Part shown: positions 29,438 to 38,460 of the stretch, piece after piece
How the letters are laid out: each line of letters begins with the position of its first letter
How positions within the stretch are numbered: position 1 is the stretch's first letter
Origin: Prevotella sp.
GTDB lineage: Bacteria; Bacteroidota; Bacteroidia; Bacteroidales; Bacteroidaceae
Assembly (NCBI GenBank): GCA_024697405.1
Contig: JAILFU010000193.1
Location: forward strand, 11,147-75,146
DNA: 64,000 nt
Direction of reading: 5' to 3'
The notes under the pieces: model-generated
Databases searched by the model: none
Told to the model about the DNA's origin: nothing
What the model saw: the letters and a program-made list of their open reading frames with translations, nothing else
Made by a program: the position numbers and the translations under genes

Positions 29438-30868
29438 ATGAAGAAAACAATGATACTGGCATTGGCCATGATGGCATGCGTCCTTACCGCCACAGCACAG
29501 GATGTGACCGTGCTCCACATGAAGGACGGCACCACCCGCCGATTCACCAACGGCGTGAAAAACGCCACGCAGGTGCAGTTCTTTGAATATCTGCCCCATG
29601 AGGACAAGCCCCCCGTCTATAACACCACACAGCATGACAACGGCTACAACTATCAGTGGGATGTGACGCAGGCATGGCACATCGACGGGCAATACAACGT
29701 GGCCGTCGTATGGGAAGACTTCCTGCCCGAAGGCTTCCAGCCACGCTACGGGCTGTGCTTCGGCACCCAGCCCGACCTCTCAGTGGAGCACTGTGACACG
29801 ATGAAGTACTCCGTGAGCGAAGACGCCTATTGGATGGATGAACACTACTCCAGATTGCATTTCATCTTTGTCGGCCAGCAGTCACCGCCAGATTTCACGC
29901 TGGAATGGCAGGGAAAGGAGGGAGAGGATGGACAACGTTTTGACATCATCGCCAAGCGACTCAGAAACGACAACCATCTCGCCATCAGCCTCCTGCCCGG
30001 CCAGACCTACTACTACCGCACATTCGCCGAGGGACAGGTGGAAGAAGGAGGACAACTGAAGACCAAGGTGTTCTACGGGCCGGAAAAGAGCTTCCGCGTG
30101 CCCCGCGTGATGGCCGACGCCGGCTATTTCGCCACTCCCTGCGGCACCGCCGAGGCAGTGGCCGCCTTTGCCGCCCATTTCCCAGAGACGGTGAAAGCAC
30201 CCACCTGGAAGGAGATGGAGGGCCTTTGGAACCTCTGGCTGGCCACCGACGAGGGCCGGCAGACAGACCTCACAGCAGACATCACCTCGGACACTTTCGA
30301 CGACGGCACGGGCTACCGCCTCAACCGCATACCCGATGCTTTCTATACCTGGATGAGCAGGCGAGAGGTAGTCATCGATGCTTTCGACGGCCTGACGGAA
30401 ATCAGCCTGATGAAAAACCAATATGGTGAGCTTGAGCCGACCGTCTCGACGGAGAGGGTTACTGATGTAGACTCCATCCCCGGCGGCAAATACATACGCT
30501 TCAAATCATTGTTCGCAACAATAAACACTTATGCCACCTATCACAGCACTGAAGTGGTGCCGGGCATACGCTACAGGCTCGTGGTGAATTTCGCCCCAGA
30601 GACACTGCCTACAGCCACCGCGAACGACTCCGTGCCAACAAAGGTGGATGTGTGGGCTCTGCATCCGGACGGAACGGAGGAGGCCGAGCTGGTGAAAAAA
30701 CACGAAGTGACGGCCTTGCAGATGAGCACCTACGAAAATGGCGACTTCCTTACCACCGACATGGGCCTTGGCTTGAAGATTGGCACTCATGTGCAGACTA
30801 GCGAAGTAAGGAACGGCATTTTTAACCGCATCATGCGCATTGCCGAGATACGCCTCACGCCGGAGTAG
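29438..30868 (+). CDS. Hypothetical secreted protein (FN3-like segment)
   Basis: Signal peptide; LLPGQTYYYRTFA...YGPEKSF. Confidence 0.65.
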   Translation: MKKTMILALAMMACVLTATAQDVTVLHMKDGTTRRFTNGVKNATQVQFFEYLPHEDKPPVYNTTQHDNGYNYQWDVTQAWHIDGQYNVAVVWEDFLPEGFQPRYGLCFGTQPDLSVEHCDTMKYSVSEDAYWMDEHYSRLHFIFVGQQSPPDFTLEWQGKEGEDGQRFDIIAKRLRNDNHLAISLLPGQTYYYRTFAEGQVEEGGQLKTKVFYGPEKSFRVPRVMADAGYFATPCGTAEAVAAFAAHFPETVKAPTWKEMEGLWNLWLATDEGRQTDLTADITSDTFDDGTGYRLNRIPDAFYTWMSRREVVIDAFDGLTEISLMKNQYGELEPTVSTERVTDVDSIPGGKYIRFKSLFATINTYATYHSTEVVPGIRYRLVVNFAPETLPTATANDSVPTKVDVWALHPDGTEEAELVKKHEVTALQMSTYENGDFLTTDMGLGLKIGTHVQTSEVRNGIFNRIMRIAEIRLTPE

Positions 30869-30961
30869 CATTCAGGGCGACCCGCCACGCGGGCACGCAC
30901 GTATGATGCGCGCGAAAGGGGATAATTGGCACAGTAGCAGAATCAGGTGTATGAAAGGGGA

Positions 30962-31049
30962 CTCGTAGGGACATATTCTTGTATCTGTCCGCAGCAGCAA
31001 AAGTTACTTCTTCCGTTTGCGGACAAATACAAGAATATGTCCCTACGAG
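30962..31049. repeat. GTAG-type REP inverted pair (32-bp arms)
   Basis: CTCGTAGGGACATATTCTTGTATCTGTCCGCA and its reverse complement, with one mismatch. Confidence 0.8.
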
Positions 31050-31067
31050 CCAATACGTTTTTGCTAT

Positions 31068-31394
31068 GGCAACGATATAGCAATTGACCTTGGACGAAAT
31101 ACGCCGCATGGCCTTCCCCTCCCATCAAGGGGAGGGGCAGGGGTGTGGTCTCTAATGTCCTGTCAGCGAATCTGTATTCGGCAAATCCTTCTCAGCGAAA
31201 AAGATACTGACCCCACCCCTAACCCCGGCTTCGCCCCACCGTCGCTACGCTCCCCAATTACTCCGGCCTCGCAATTGCCTACAAGGGAGGGGAAGGGCTA
31301 CCGCCTGAGAAGAAGCCGCAAGGCTTTCCCCTCACCTAGGAAGCAAGGGAGGGGGAAGGGCTGCGCACAATAGGTAAACTGCTTTATCATTGCT
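31068..31394. mobile_element. MITE copy C, expanded by nested CCCCTCCC/GGGAGGGG palindromic repeats
   Basis: Ends GGCAACGATATAGCAATTGAC...GTAAACTGCTTTATCATTGC; internal CCGCATGG and GGCTACCGCC shared with copy B. Confidence 0.7.
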
Positions 31395-31396
31395 TT

Positions 31397-32269
31397 TCAG
31401 AAAGCTATTCCCAGCCCCAAAGCGTAGCGGAAGCACTTAGGGCCTTCGCCGCTATGGAAAGCGGGCGTGACAGACTTCTTGAAATATAGGATCATGCCGT
31501 CGTAGCTGGCCTGCAGCTTGATGCTGATGTCGCCACTCTTCTTGTGGGCAGCAGCGGCGGCGTATGTATAGCCGCCGCTCGTGAAATGGCTGAAATTGTT
31601 GAGGATATTGAAGCCGTCGAGCACAATGCCCGCCCCTAAGGAGATGCGGTCGTTGTCGGGATTGCGGAAGTATTTGTACCACTTGACCATCGCCTCTATG
31701 CTGGTTCCAAGGCAGAAGAGGCGGCTGCTGCGGACTCCTTCCTCTGAAACGGGGGCGGCAAAGGTCTTTCCTTCCTCGTCTTTCAGGAGTATATAGTGGT
31801 TGTCGAGGGTATAGTTTGAAACGTTCAGGAAATAGGCCACCGACCAGCTCCAGGTGTTTTGCTTGTTGAGCCAGTTTCCCATCTCCATGAAATTCGCGCC
31901 CATCTCATAGCTGCGCCAGGTCTTGGCAGGCATGGAAGTTGTACTGCCAAGTCCCAGCGCCTTGCCACTGAATCCACTGAATCCGAAATAAAACTGGGGC
32001 GTGGTGGGGGTATAGCGGTGCTTGCTGCCCCAGCCGAAGATGGGCGAGCTTACATAGAACCGCTCCACCTCCTGACCATTGACGAAGGTGCTCTCTTTTG
32101 TCTTGCGCCATTGTGATCCGTCGGGGGTGAGAATGCCCACGCGGGTTTCCAGCGAGTCGTCAGTGATGACAATCTGCTTGCCGTGGTAGACCACGGTGGT
32201 ATCGGTAGCCTCTTCAGCCAGCAGGCTCATAGGCAGAACCAGGGTTAGGGTGACAAGTAGCTTTTTCAT
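31397..32269 (-). CDS. Outer membrane beta-barrel protein (hypothetical)
   Basis: Signal peptide; C-terminal YALGLGIAF. Confidence 0.7.
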   Translation of the reverse strand: MKKLLVTLTLVLPMSLLAEEATDTTVVYHGKQIVITDDSLETRVGILTPDGSQWRKTKESTFVNGQEVERFYVSSPIFGWGSKHRYTPTTPQFYFGFSGFSGKALGLGSTTSMPAKTWRSYEMGANFMEMGNWLNKQNTWSWSVAYFLNVSNYTLDNHYILLKDEEGKTFAAPVSEEGVRSSRLFCLGTSIEAMVKWYKYFRNPDNDRISLGAGIVLDGFNILNNFSHFTSGGYTYAAAAAHKKSGDISIKLQASYDGMILYFKKSVTPAFHSGEGPKCFRYALGLGIAF

Positions 32270-32300
32270 TGCTTTCCAATTATAGATGATTCAACAATTA

Positions 32301-32732
32301 TTATTTGGTTTGATAGCACATTTTCAGGATGTCGTCGGGCAGCAGTTTTCCCTCGATGTAGATGACGGCACCGCTGTTGTCCTGCTTCAGCGTGTAGAGG
32401 ATATATCGGTTCAGGCCATTGTCTGAGGGAGACATGATGTAGTAGCCGCTGCTTACGCGGCCGTCGCTCATCACCTCGCGTATTTTCGTAGCCTGCCGGC
32501 GGTCATCCTCCAGCAAGAGGGCAATCTGCTCTCCCTGAGTGCGATAGGTCAGGCTTTGGTAGGTTTTCAGCGTATATCCACGCAGATGGGCATCGTGCAT
32601 CTCCACCATCTTGCAGCCCTTTTCATGGCCGAACCGGTTGAAAATATCGGCAACGCGGAGTCCCTGCTGGGCAAAGGTGCTGGCAACCATAGCCAATAGC
32701 AGTAGCATCAGTGTAAGTGTTCGTTTCATCAT
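32301..32732 (-). CDS. Conserved hypothetical periplasmic protein (DUF4252/DUF6108-like)
   Basis: Signal peptide; YILY...VIYIEGKL; position in the ECF operon. Confidence 0.55.
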   Translation of the reverse strand: MMKRTLTLMLLLLAMVASTFAQQGLRVADIFNRFGHEKGCKMVEMHDAHLRGYTLKTYQSLTYRTQGEQIALLLEDDRRQATKIREVMSDGRVSSGYYIMSPSDNGLNRYILYTLKQDNSGAVIYIEGKLLPDDILKMCYQTK

Positions 32733-33163
32733 AGTTGTAGGATATTTAGTGCGTCGAGCGTTTCTTCTTCCGTTGTGGTAACCATCATCAGTGCCTGCTC
32801 GGCTTCCTGGGCAATGAGGACAGCATCGGTAGTCAGACGTCCGTCAATGATGGCATAGTCCTGCTGCTGCTCTGATTTGTCGTTCACTGACTGTCGGATC
32901 AGAGCAGTCGTGATACCCGCTCCGACAAGCAACAGGGCTGCAATGGCTGCAGCGACAGCCATGCGGCGGGGACGCAAGCTTGTGGTCTGGGAAGCATTGT
33001 GGGATTGGGAATGCTCCCAATGGAAAAGCGCCTTATAGTAACGCCATTCAGGAGACACCAGCTGCGTTTCATTAAAATAGCAGCGCAGCAGCTTTTCTTC
33101 CTCGTTGGTAGTGTTGCCATCGAGATAGCGTTCCAGCAGTACCTCTATTTCTTCCTGTTTCAT
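32729..33163 (-). CDS. Anti-sigma factor
   Basis: LLERYLDGNTTNEEE N-terminus plus TM AVAAAIAALLLVG; overlaps the sigma stop. Confidence 0.75.
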   Translation of the reverse strand: MKQEEIEVLLERYLDGNTTNEEEKLLRCYFNETQLVSPEWRYYKALFHWEHSQSHNASQTTSLRPRRMAVAAAIAALLLVGAGITTALIRQSVNDKSEQQQDYAIIDGRLTTDAVLIAQEAEQALMMVTTTEEETLDALNILQL

Positions 33164-33642
33164 GTGGTCGTTATTTTAATGAATAGTTCTCTTATCTTAC
33201 GGCGGGCTCGGGAAAGGTTCTGACGCAGGCTGACATCTGTGCAGCCAGTGACCAGCATGATTTCCTCCTTCTCATAGCCCTCTATCTCCTTCATACGGAA
33301 AATCTTCTGCTGCAGAGGCGGCAGACTCTCTACGATTTGACCGATGAGTTCCACATCGTCGTATGTTTCGCTAGTGCCAGCGTATCTGCCTACCAGTTTT
33401 TCGTCGGTGATGACAAGCTGCTTGCGCCGCCAGTAGTCGTTCCATTTATTACGCAGGAGGGTCAGGGCCAGCGCCTCCACGTTGGGATGGCGAGGCAGTC
33501 GGTAGCGTATCTCCCAAAGCCGGAGCATGACTTCCTGCACCAGGTCTTCGGCAATGTCGGCATTGCCCGACAGCTCGCATGCCCGTTTCAGAAGCCTCGC
33601 CCTCCAGGGCATCATCATTCTGCTAAACTCTTCTGCGTCCAT
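33160..33642 (-). CDS. ECF sigma-70 factor
   Basis: AEDLVQEVMLRLW, LPPLQQKIFRMKEIEGY, NLSRARRKIR. Confidence 0.9.
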   Translation of the reverse strand: MDAEEFSRMMMPWRARLLKRACELSGNADIAEDLVQEVMLRLWEIRYRLPRHPNVEALALTLLRNKWNDYWRRKQLVITDEKLVGRYAGTSETYDDVELIGQIVESLPPLQQKIFRMKEIEGYEKEEIMLVTGCTDVSLRQNLSRARRKIRELFIKITTT

Positions 33643-33857
33643 TCTACTATAGAAACGATTGAAAAGGGCGTTTTGTGACATGAAGCGATTAAAAAAAACT
33701 AAGATTTCATTTGTATGCTAATAAAGTGTAAAAAATGTACACAAGTAACCTGTTTTTTCCTACTTTTTTGTACCTTTGCAAGTTGAAATGGCGGAGGAGC
33801 GCCTCCGGCTTGACGCAGAATGAGAAATTACAAATTATTTAAGCTTAAAGAATAGGT

Positions 33858-35039
33858 ATGAAAAAATTGAAATTGTTTTTGGCTGCTGCCACACTCACGA
33901 CACTAGCCTCGTGCGGCGGTGGCGGTGGCGGAATGAACTTCGGCGACAATGAGTATCCGGTGGAAGAGGCCACGTCCTCGGCCACGGAGATGCAGACCAC
34001 GTATCCCGCCGTAATCAACGGCATTCAGGATGTGGAAATCAGGCCGAAGGTGTCGGGATTTCTCACACAGATCAACGTGACAGAAGGTCAGACGGTGCAG
34101 GCCGGTCAGCTGCTCTTTGTCATCGACAACGAGACCTATCAGGCACAGGTGCGCCAGGCCCAGGCTTCGGTGAACACCGCCCAGAGCGCCGTGAACACGG
34201 CTAAACTGACTTACGAGAACTCGAAACAGCTCTTCGACAGCCACGTCATCGGCGAGTATGAGCTGCAGACAGCCGAAAACAGCATGAAGAGTGCACAGGC
34301 ACAGCTGGCACAGGCACAGGCCGTGCTGGCATCGGCCAGGGAGAACCTGAGCTTCTGCTATGTGAAGAGTCCCGCCAAGGGCGTCGTGGGCACGCTGCCC
34401 CTGAAGAAGGGTGCGCTGGTGAGCGCCTCGAACGTACTGACCCATGTGTCGGACATCAGCCAGATGGAGGTCTACTTCAGCATGACCGAGAAGGACATGC
34501 TCACCCTGGCCAAGGGTGAGGGCGGCCTGAAAGGCGCCGTGGAGCAGTTCCCCAGCCTGAAGCTGCAGCTGGCCGACGGCAGCATCTACAGCTACGAGGG
34601 CCACGTGGCTGCCATCAGCGGCGTCATCGACCAGGCCACCGGCTCGGTTCAGCTGAAGGCCCGCTTCCCCAACCCCGAGAGCCTGCTGAAGAGCGGCGGC
34701 AGCGGCACCATCATCGTGCCCCGCCAGAGCGAGGGGGTCATCATCATTCCGCAGCGTGTGGTGTCGGAGGTGCAGAACAAGAAGTTCGTCTACGTGCTGG
34801 GCGAAGGCAACAAGGTGCAGTACACCGAAATCACCGTCGACCCGCAGAACGACGGCAATAACTACATCGTGACCAGCGGACTGAAGACTGGCGACAAATA
34901 CGTGACCAACGGCATCACCAAGCTGCAGGACCAGATGGAGATTGTGCCCATCACGCCCCAGCGCTACCAGGAGAAAATCCAGGAGCAGGCCAAGGCCATG
35001 ACAGCCGGCGACATCGTGGACGCAATGCAAAAGAAGTAG
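33858..35039 (+). CDS. RND efflux periplasmic adaptor (lipoprotein)
   Basis: LASC lipobox, EIRPKVSG, GQLLFVID, FPNP. Confidence 0.93.
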   Translation: MKKLKLFLAAATLTTLASCGGGGGGMNFGDNEYPVEEATSSATEMQTTYPAVINGIQDVEIRPKVSGFLTQINVTEGQTVQAGQLLFVIDNETYQAQVRQAQASVNTAQSAVNTAKLTYENSKQLFDSHVIGEYELQTAENSMKSAQAQLAQAQAVLASARENLSFCYVKSPAKGVVGTLPLKKGALVSASNVLTHVSDISQMEVYFSMTEKDMLTLAKGEGGLKGAVEQFPSLKLQLADGSIYSYEGHVAAISGVIDQATGSVQLKARFPNPESLLKSGGSGTIIVPRQSEGVIIIPQRVVSEVQNKKFVYVLGEGNKVQYTEITVDPQNDGNNYIVTSGLKTGDKYVTNGITKLQDQMEIVPITPQRYQEKIQEQAKAMTAGDIVDAMQKK

Positions 35040-35131
35040 TAAATAATAGTAATAAGTAGGAAGTAGGAAGTAGTAAGTAATAAGTAATCTACTTACTCCC
35101 CAACTCCTTACTCCCCAACTCCTCAAAAAAG

Positions 35132-38100
35132 ATGACTTTTACAAACTTTATAAAACGCCCGGTTCTCTCGACGGTGATTTCCATCCTCATCGTCATACTG
35201 GGTTTCATCGGACTGTTCTCGCTGCCCATCGAACAGTACCCCGATATTGCACCGCCCACCGTCGTGGTCTACACCAGCTATCCCGGTGCCGACGCCGAGA
35301 CGGTGAAGAACTCCGTGCTGGTGCCGCTGGAAGAGAGCATCAACGGCGTGGAAGGCATGGACTACATGAGTTCGTCGGCCTCCTCCGGCTCGGCCAGTAT
35401 CAGCATCCTGTTCCGTCAGGGCATGAATGCCGACATGTGCGCCGTGAATGTGCAGAACCGCGTGCAGCAGGCACAGGCACTGCTGCCGGCTGAGGTGACG
35501 CGCATCGGCGTGACGGTGATGAAGCGCCAGACCTCGCAGGTGATGATGTTCACCCTGACCAGCGACGGCCGCTACGACGACCAGTTCCTGACGAACTACT
35601 CGAACATCAACATCATTCCCGCCATCAAGCGTATCCAGGGCGTGGGCGACGTGCAGAGCCCAGGCATGAAGACTTACTCCATGCGTATCTGGCTGAAGCC
35701 CGACGTGATGAAGCAGTACAACCTCATGCCCTCGGACATCAGTGGCGTGCTGGCCGAACAGAACATCGAGGCCGCCCCTGGCAACTTCGGACAGGAGAGC
35801 GATGTGGCCTTCGAATATGCCATGCGCTACACCGGTCGCCTGAAGACGGCCGAGGAGTTTGGCAACATCGTCATCAGCAGCGATGCCAACGGCCAGACGC
35901 TGAAGCTGAAGGACGTGGCCAAGATTGAGTTGGGCGGACTGCAGTACTCCGTCGCGATGAAGAACAACAACATCCCGTCGGTGATGGGTATGGTGCAGCA
36001 GATTGCTGGCTCCAACGCCAACGAGATAGCCAAGCAGGTGAAGGCCGAGCTGGCGGAACAGCAGAAGCTCATGCCGCCAGGCATGTTCTACAAGATCAAC
36101 TACGACGTGACGGAATTCCTCTACGCCTCTATCGAGGAGGTGGTGTTCACCCTGCTGTTCACCCTCGTTCTGGTATTCCTCGTCATCTACATCTTCCTGC
36201 AGGACTGGCGCTCGACGCTCATCCCGCTCATTGCCGTGCCTGTGTCGCTCATCGGTACGTTCTTCTTCCTCAACATCTTCGGCTTCTCCATCAACCTGCT
36301 CACGCTGTCGGCCCTGCTGCTGGCCATTGCCATCGTGGTCGACGATGCCATCGTGGTGGTGGAGGCGGTGCATGCCAAGCTGGACCAGGGCTACAAGTCG
36401 TCGCTCACGGCCTCTATCGACGCCATGAACGAGATTTCGGGAGCCATCATCTCCATCACGCTGGTGATGGCCTCGGTGTTCATCCCCGTGTCGTTCCTCG
36501 GCGGAACCACGGGTACGTTCTACCGTGAGTTTGGCGTGACAATGGCCGTCAGCATCTTCATCTCGGCATTGAACGCCCTGACGCTGTCGCCCGCCCTGTG
36601 CGCCATCTTCCTGAAGCCGCACGACGAGCACGGCAAGGAGAAGAAGATGTCGCTGATTGACCGTTTCCATGCCTCGTTCAACGCCAGCTACGACAAGATT
36701 CTGGGCAAGTACAAGAAGAGCGTGGAGAAGACGGTGCGCCGCCCGGTGCTCATCGGCATCGTTGTCATAGTGGGCATTGCTGCCATGGCTGGCGCGATGC
36801 AGGTGACGAAGACCGGCCTGGTGCCCGACGAGGATACGGGAACGCTGTTCTGCACCATCTCCATGCCGCCGGCCACCTCTGTGGCCCGCACTCGCCAGAT
36901 CATCAACGAGGTGGACAGCATCCTGGCTGCCGACCCCGCCATCCAGAGCCGCGAGCAGATTCAGGGCTACAACTTCATTGCCGGTGCCGGCTCCGACCAG
37001 GCCACGTTCATTCTGAAGCTGAAGCCGTTCGGCGAGCGCCAGAAGGGATTCTGGTGGAAGCTGAGCGGACTGTGGCAGGGCGACGGCATCTACCGCTTCT
37101 TCCTGAACCCGCAGGAGTCGACGGGCGTCATCGCACAGATATTCATTAAGACGGCCCACATCAAGGATGCCAAAATCCTGGCCTTCGCACCGCCTATGAT
37201 TCCCGGCTTCTCGGCCAACAGCGGCGTGTCCATCGTGATGCAGGACCGCACTGGCGGCTCGCTGGAGCGTTTCTTCGAGATTGTGACCGACTACATCGCC
37301 GCGCTGAACAAGCGGCCGGAGTTCCAAATGGCACAGACATCGTATAACCCCAGCTACCCGCAGTACATGGTGCATGTCGACGTGGCGAAATGTAAGCAGA
37401 GCGGCATCTCGCCCTCTACCATCCTCTCCACGCTGCAGGGCTACTACGGCGGACTCTATGCCTCTAACTTCAATGCCTACGGCAAGCTCTACCGAGTGAT
37501 GGTGCAGGGAGCGCCCGAGTCGCGCATGACGGAGGAGAGCCTTAATAATATATATGTACGCACGCCCGCAGGCATGTCGCCCATCCAGGAGTTCTGCCAG
37601 CTGGAGCGCGTCTACGGCCCGACGAACATCAACCGTTTCAACCTCTTCACCAGCATCAACGTCACAGCCACAGTGGCCAACGGCTTCTCCACGGGTGAGG
37701 CCATCAAGGCAGCACAGGAGGTGGCTGCCGAGATGCTGCCCACAGGCTACACCTACGACTACAGCGGACTGACACGCGAGGAGGCCAAGTCGACCAACTC
37801 CACGGCCATGATCTTCCTGCTGTGCTTCATGTTCATCTACCTCATCCTGGCCGCTCAGTACGAGAGCTACATCCTGCCCCTGGCCGTGCTGCTCTCCGTG
37901 CCCTTCGGCCTGGCCGGCTGCTTCCTCTTCACGATGCTCTTCGGCCACGCCAACGACATCTACATGCAGATCTCGCTCATCATGCTCATCGGTCTGCTAG
38001 CCAAGAACGCCATCCTGATTGTGCAGTTCGCCCTGGAGCGCCGCCAGACGGGTATGGCCATCTCATGGAGCGCCGTGCTGGGTGCCGCAGCCCGTCTGCG

Positions 38101-38389
38101 TCCTATCCTCATGACGTCGCTGGCCATGATCATCGGCCTGCTGCCGCTGATGTTCGCATCGGGCGTGGGCAAAAACGGCAACCAGACGCTGGGTGCGGCT
38201 GCCGTGGGCGGCATGCTCATCGGTACGCTCTGCCAGATCTTCGTGGTGCCCGTCCTGTTTGTGGTCTTCCAGTCGCTTCAGGAGAAGTTCCGTCCGATGA
38301 AGTTCGAGGGCGACGAGGAGAATCCCGACGTGGCCACCGAGCTGCAGCAGTATGCTAAACGACCGAAAGAATACGAATTACAGAAATAA
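35132..38389 (+). CDS. RND efflux permease (HAE1/AcrB family)
   Basis: FIKRPV, LPIEQYPDIAPP, VDDAIVVVE, KNAILIV, RLRPILMT. Confidence 0.96.
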   Translation: MTFTNFIKRPVLSTVISILIVILGFIGLFSLPIEQYPDIAPPTVVVYTSYPGADAETVKNSVLVPLEESINGVEGMDYMSSSASSGSASISILFRQGMNADMCAVNVQNRVQQAQALLPAEVTRIGVTVMKRQTSQVMMFTLTSDGRYDDQFLTNYSNINIIPAIKRIQGVGDVQSPGMKTYSMRIWLKPDVMKQYNLMPSDISGVLAEQNIEAAPGNFGQESDVAFEYAMRYTGRLKTAEEFGNIVISSDANGQTLKLKDVAKIELGGLQYSVAMKNNNIPSVMGMVQQIAGSNANEIAKQVKAELAEQQKLMPPGMFYKINYDVTEFLYASIEEVVFTLLFTLVLVFLVIYIFLQDWRSTLIPLIAVPVSLIGTFFFLNIFGFSINLLTLSALLLAIAIVVDDAIVVVEAVHAKLDQGYKSSLTASIDAMNEISGAIISITLVMASVFIPVSFLGGTTGTFYREFGVTMAVSIFISALNALTLSPALCAIFLKPHDEHGKEKKMSLIDRFHASFNASYDKILGKYKKSVEKTVRRPVLIGIVVIVGIAAMAGAMQVTKTGLVPDEDTGTLFCTISMPPATSVARTRQIINEVDSILAADPAIQSREQIQGYNFIAGAGSDQATFILKLKPFGERQKGFWWKLSGLWQGDGIYRFFLNPQESTGVIAQIFIKTAHIKDAKILAFAPPMIPGFSANSGVSIVMQDRTGGSLERFFEIVTDYIAALNKRPEFQMAQTSYNPSYPQYMVHVDVAKCKQSGISPSTILSTLQGYYGGLYASNFNAYGKLYRVMVQGAPESRMTEESLNNIYVRTPAGMSPIQEFCQLERVYGPTNINRFNLFTSINVTATVANGFSTGEAIKAAQEVAAEMLPTGYTYDYSGLTREEAKSTNSTAMIFLLCFMFIYLILAAQYESYILPLAVLLSVPFGLAGCFLFTMLFGHANDIYMQISLIMLIGLLAKNAILIVQFALERRQTGMAISWSAVLGAAARLRPILMTSLAMIIGLLPLMFASGVGKNGNQTLGAAAVGGMLIGTLCQIFVVPVLFVVFQSLQEKFRPMKFEGDEENPDVATELQQYAKRPKEYELQK

Positions 38390-38460
38390 GCCCACCCCCG
38401 ACCCCTCCCAAAGGGAGGGGAGGTAGAATAGACTTTCTAAATAATCAAGAACAAAAAGAT

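Noticed and set aside
35123-37948. 941-aa antisense ORF and other long antisense ORFs
   Set aside because: Expected shadows of GC3-rich genes; no motifs.
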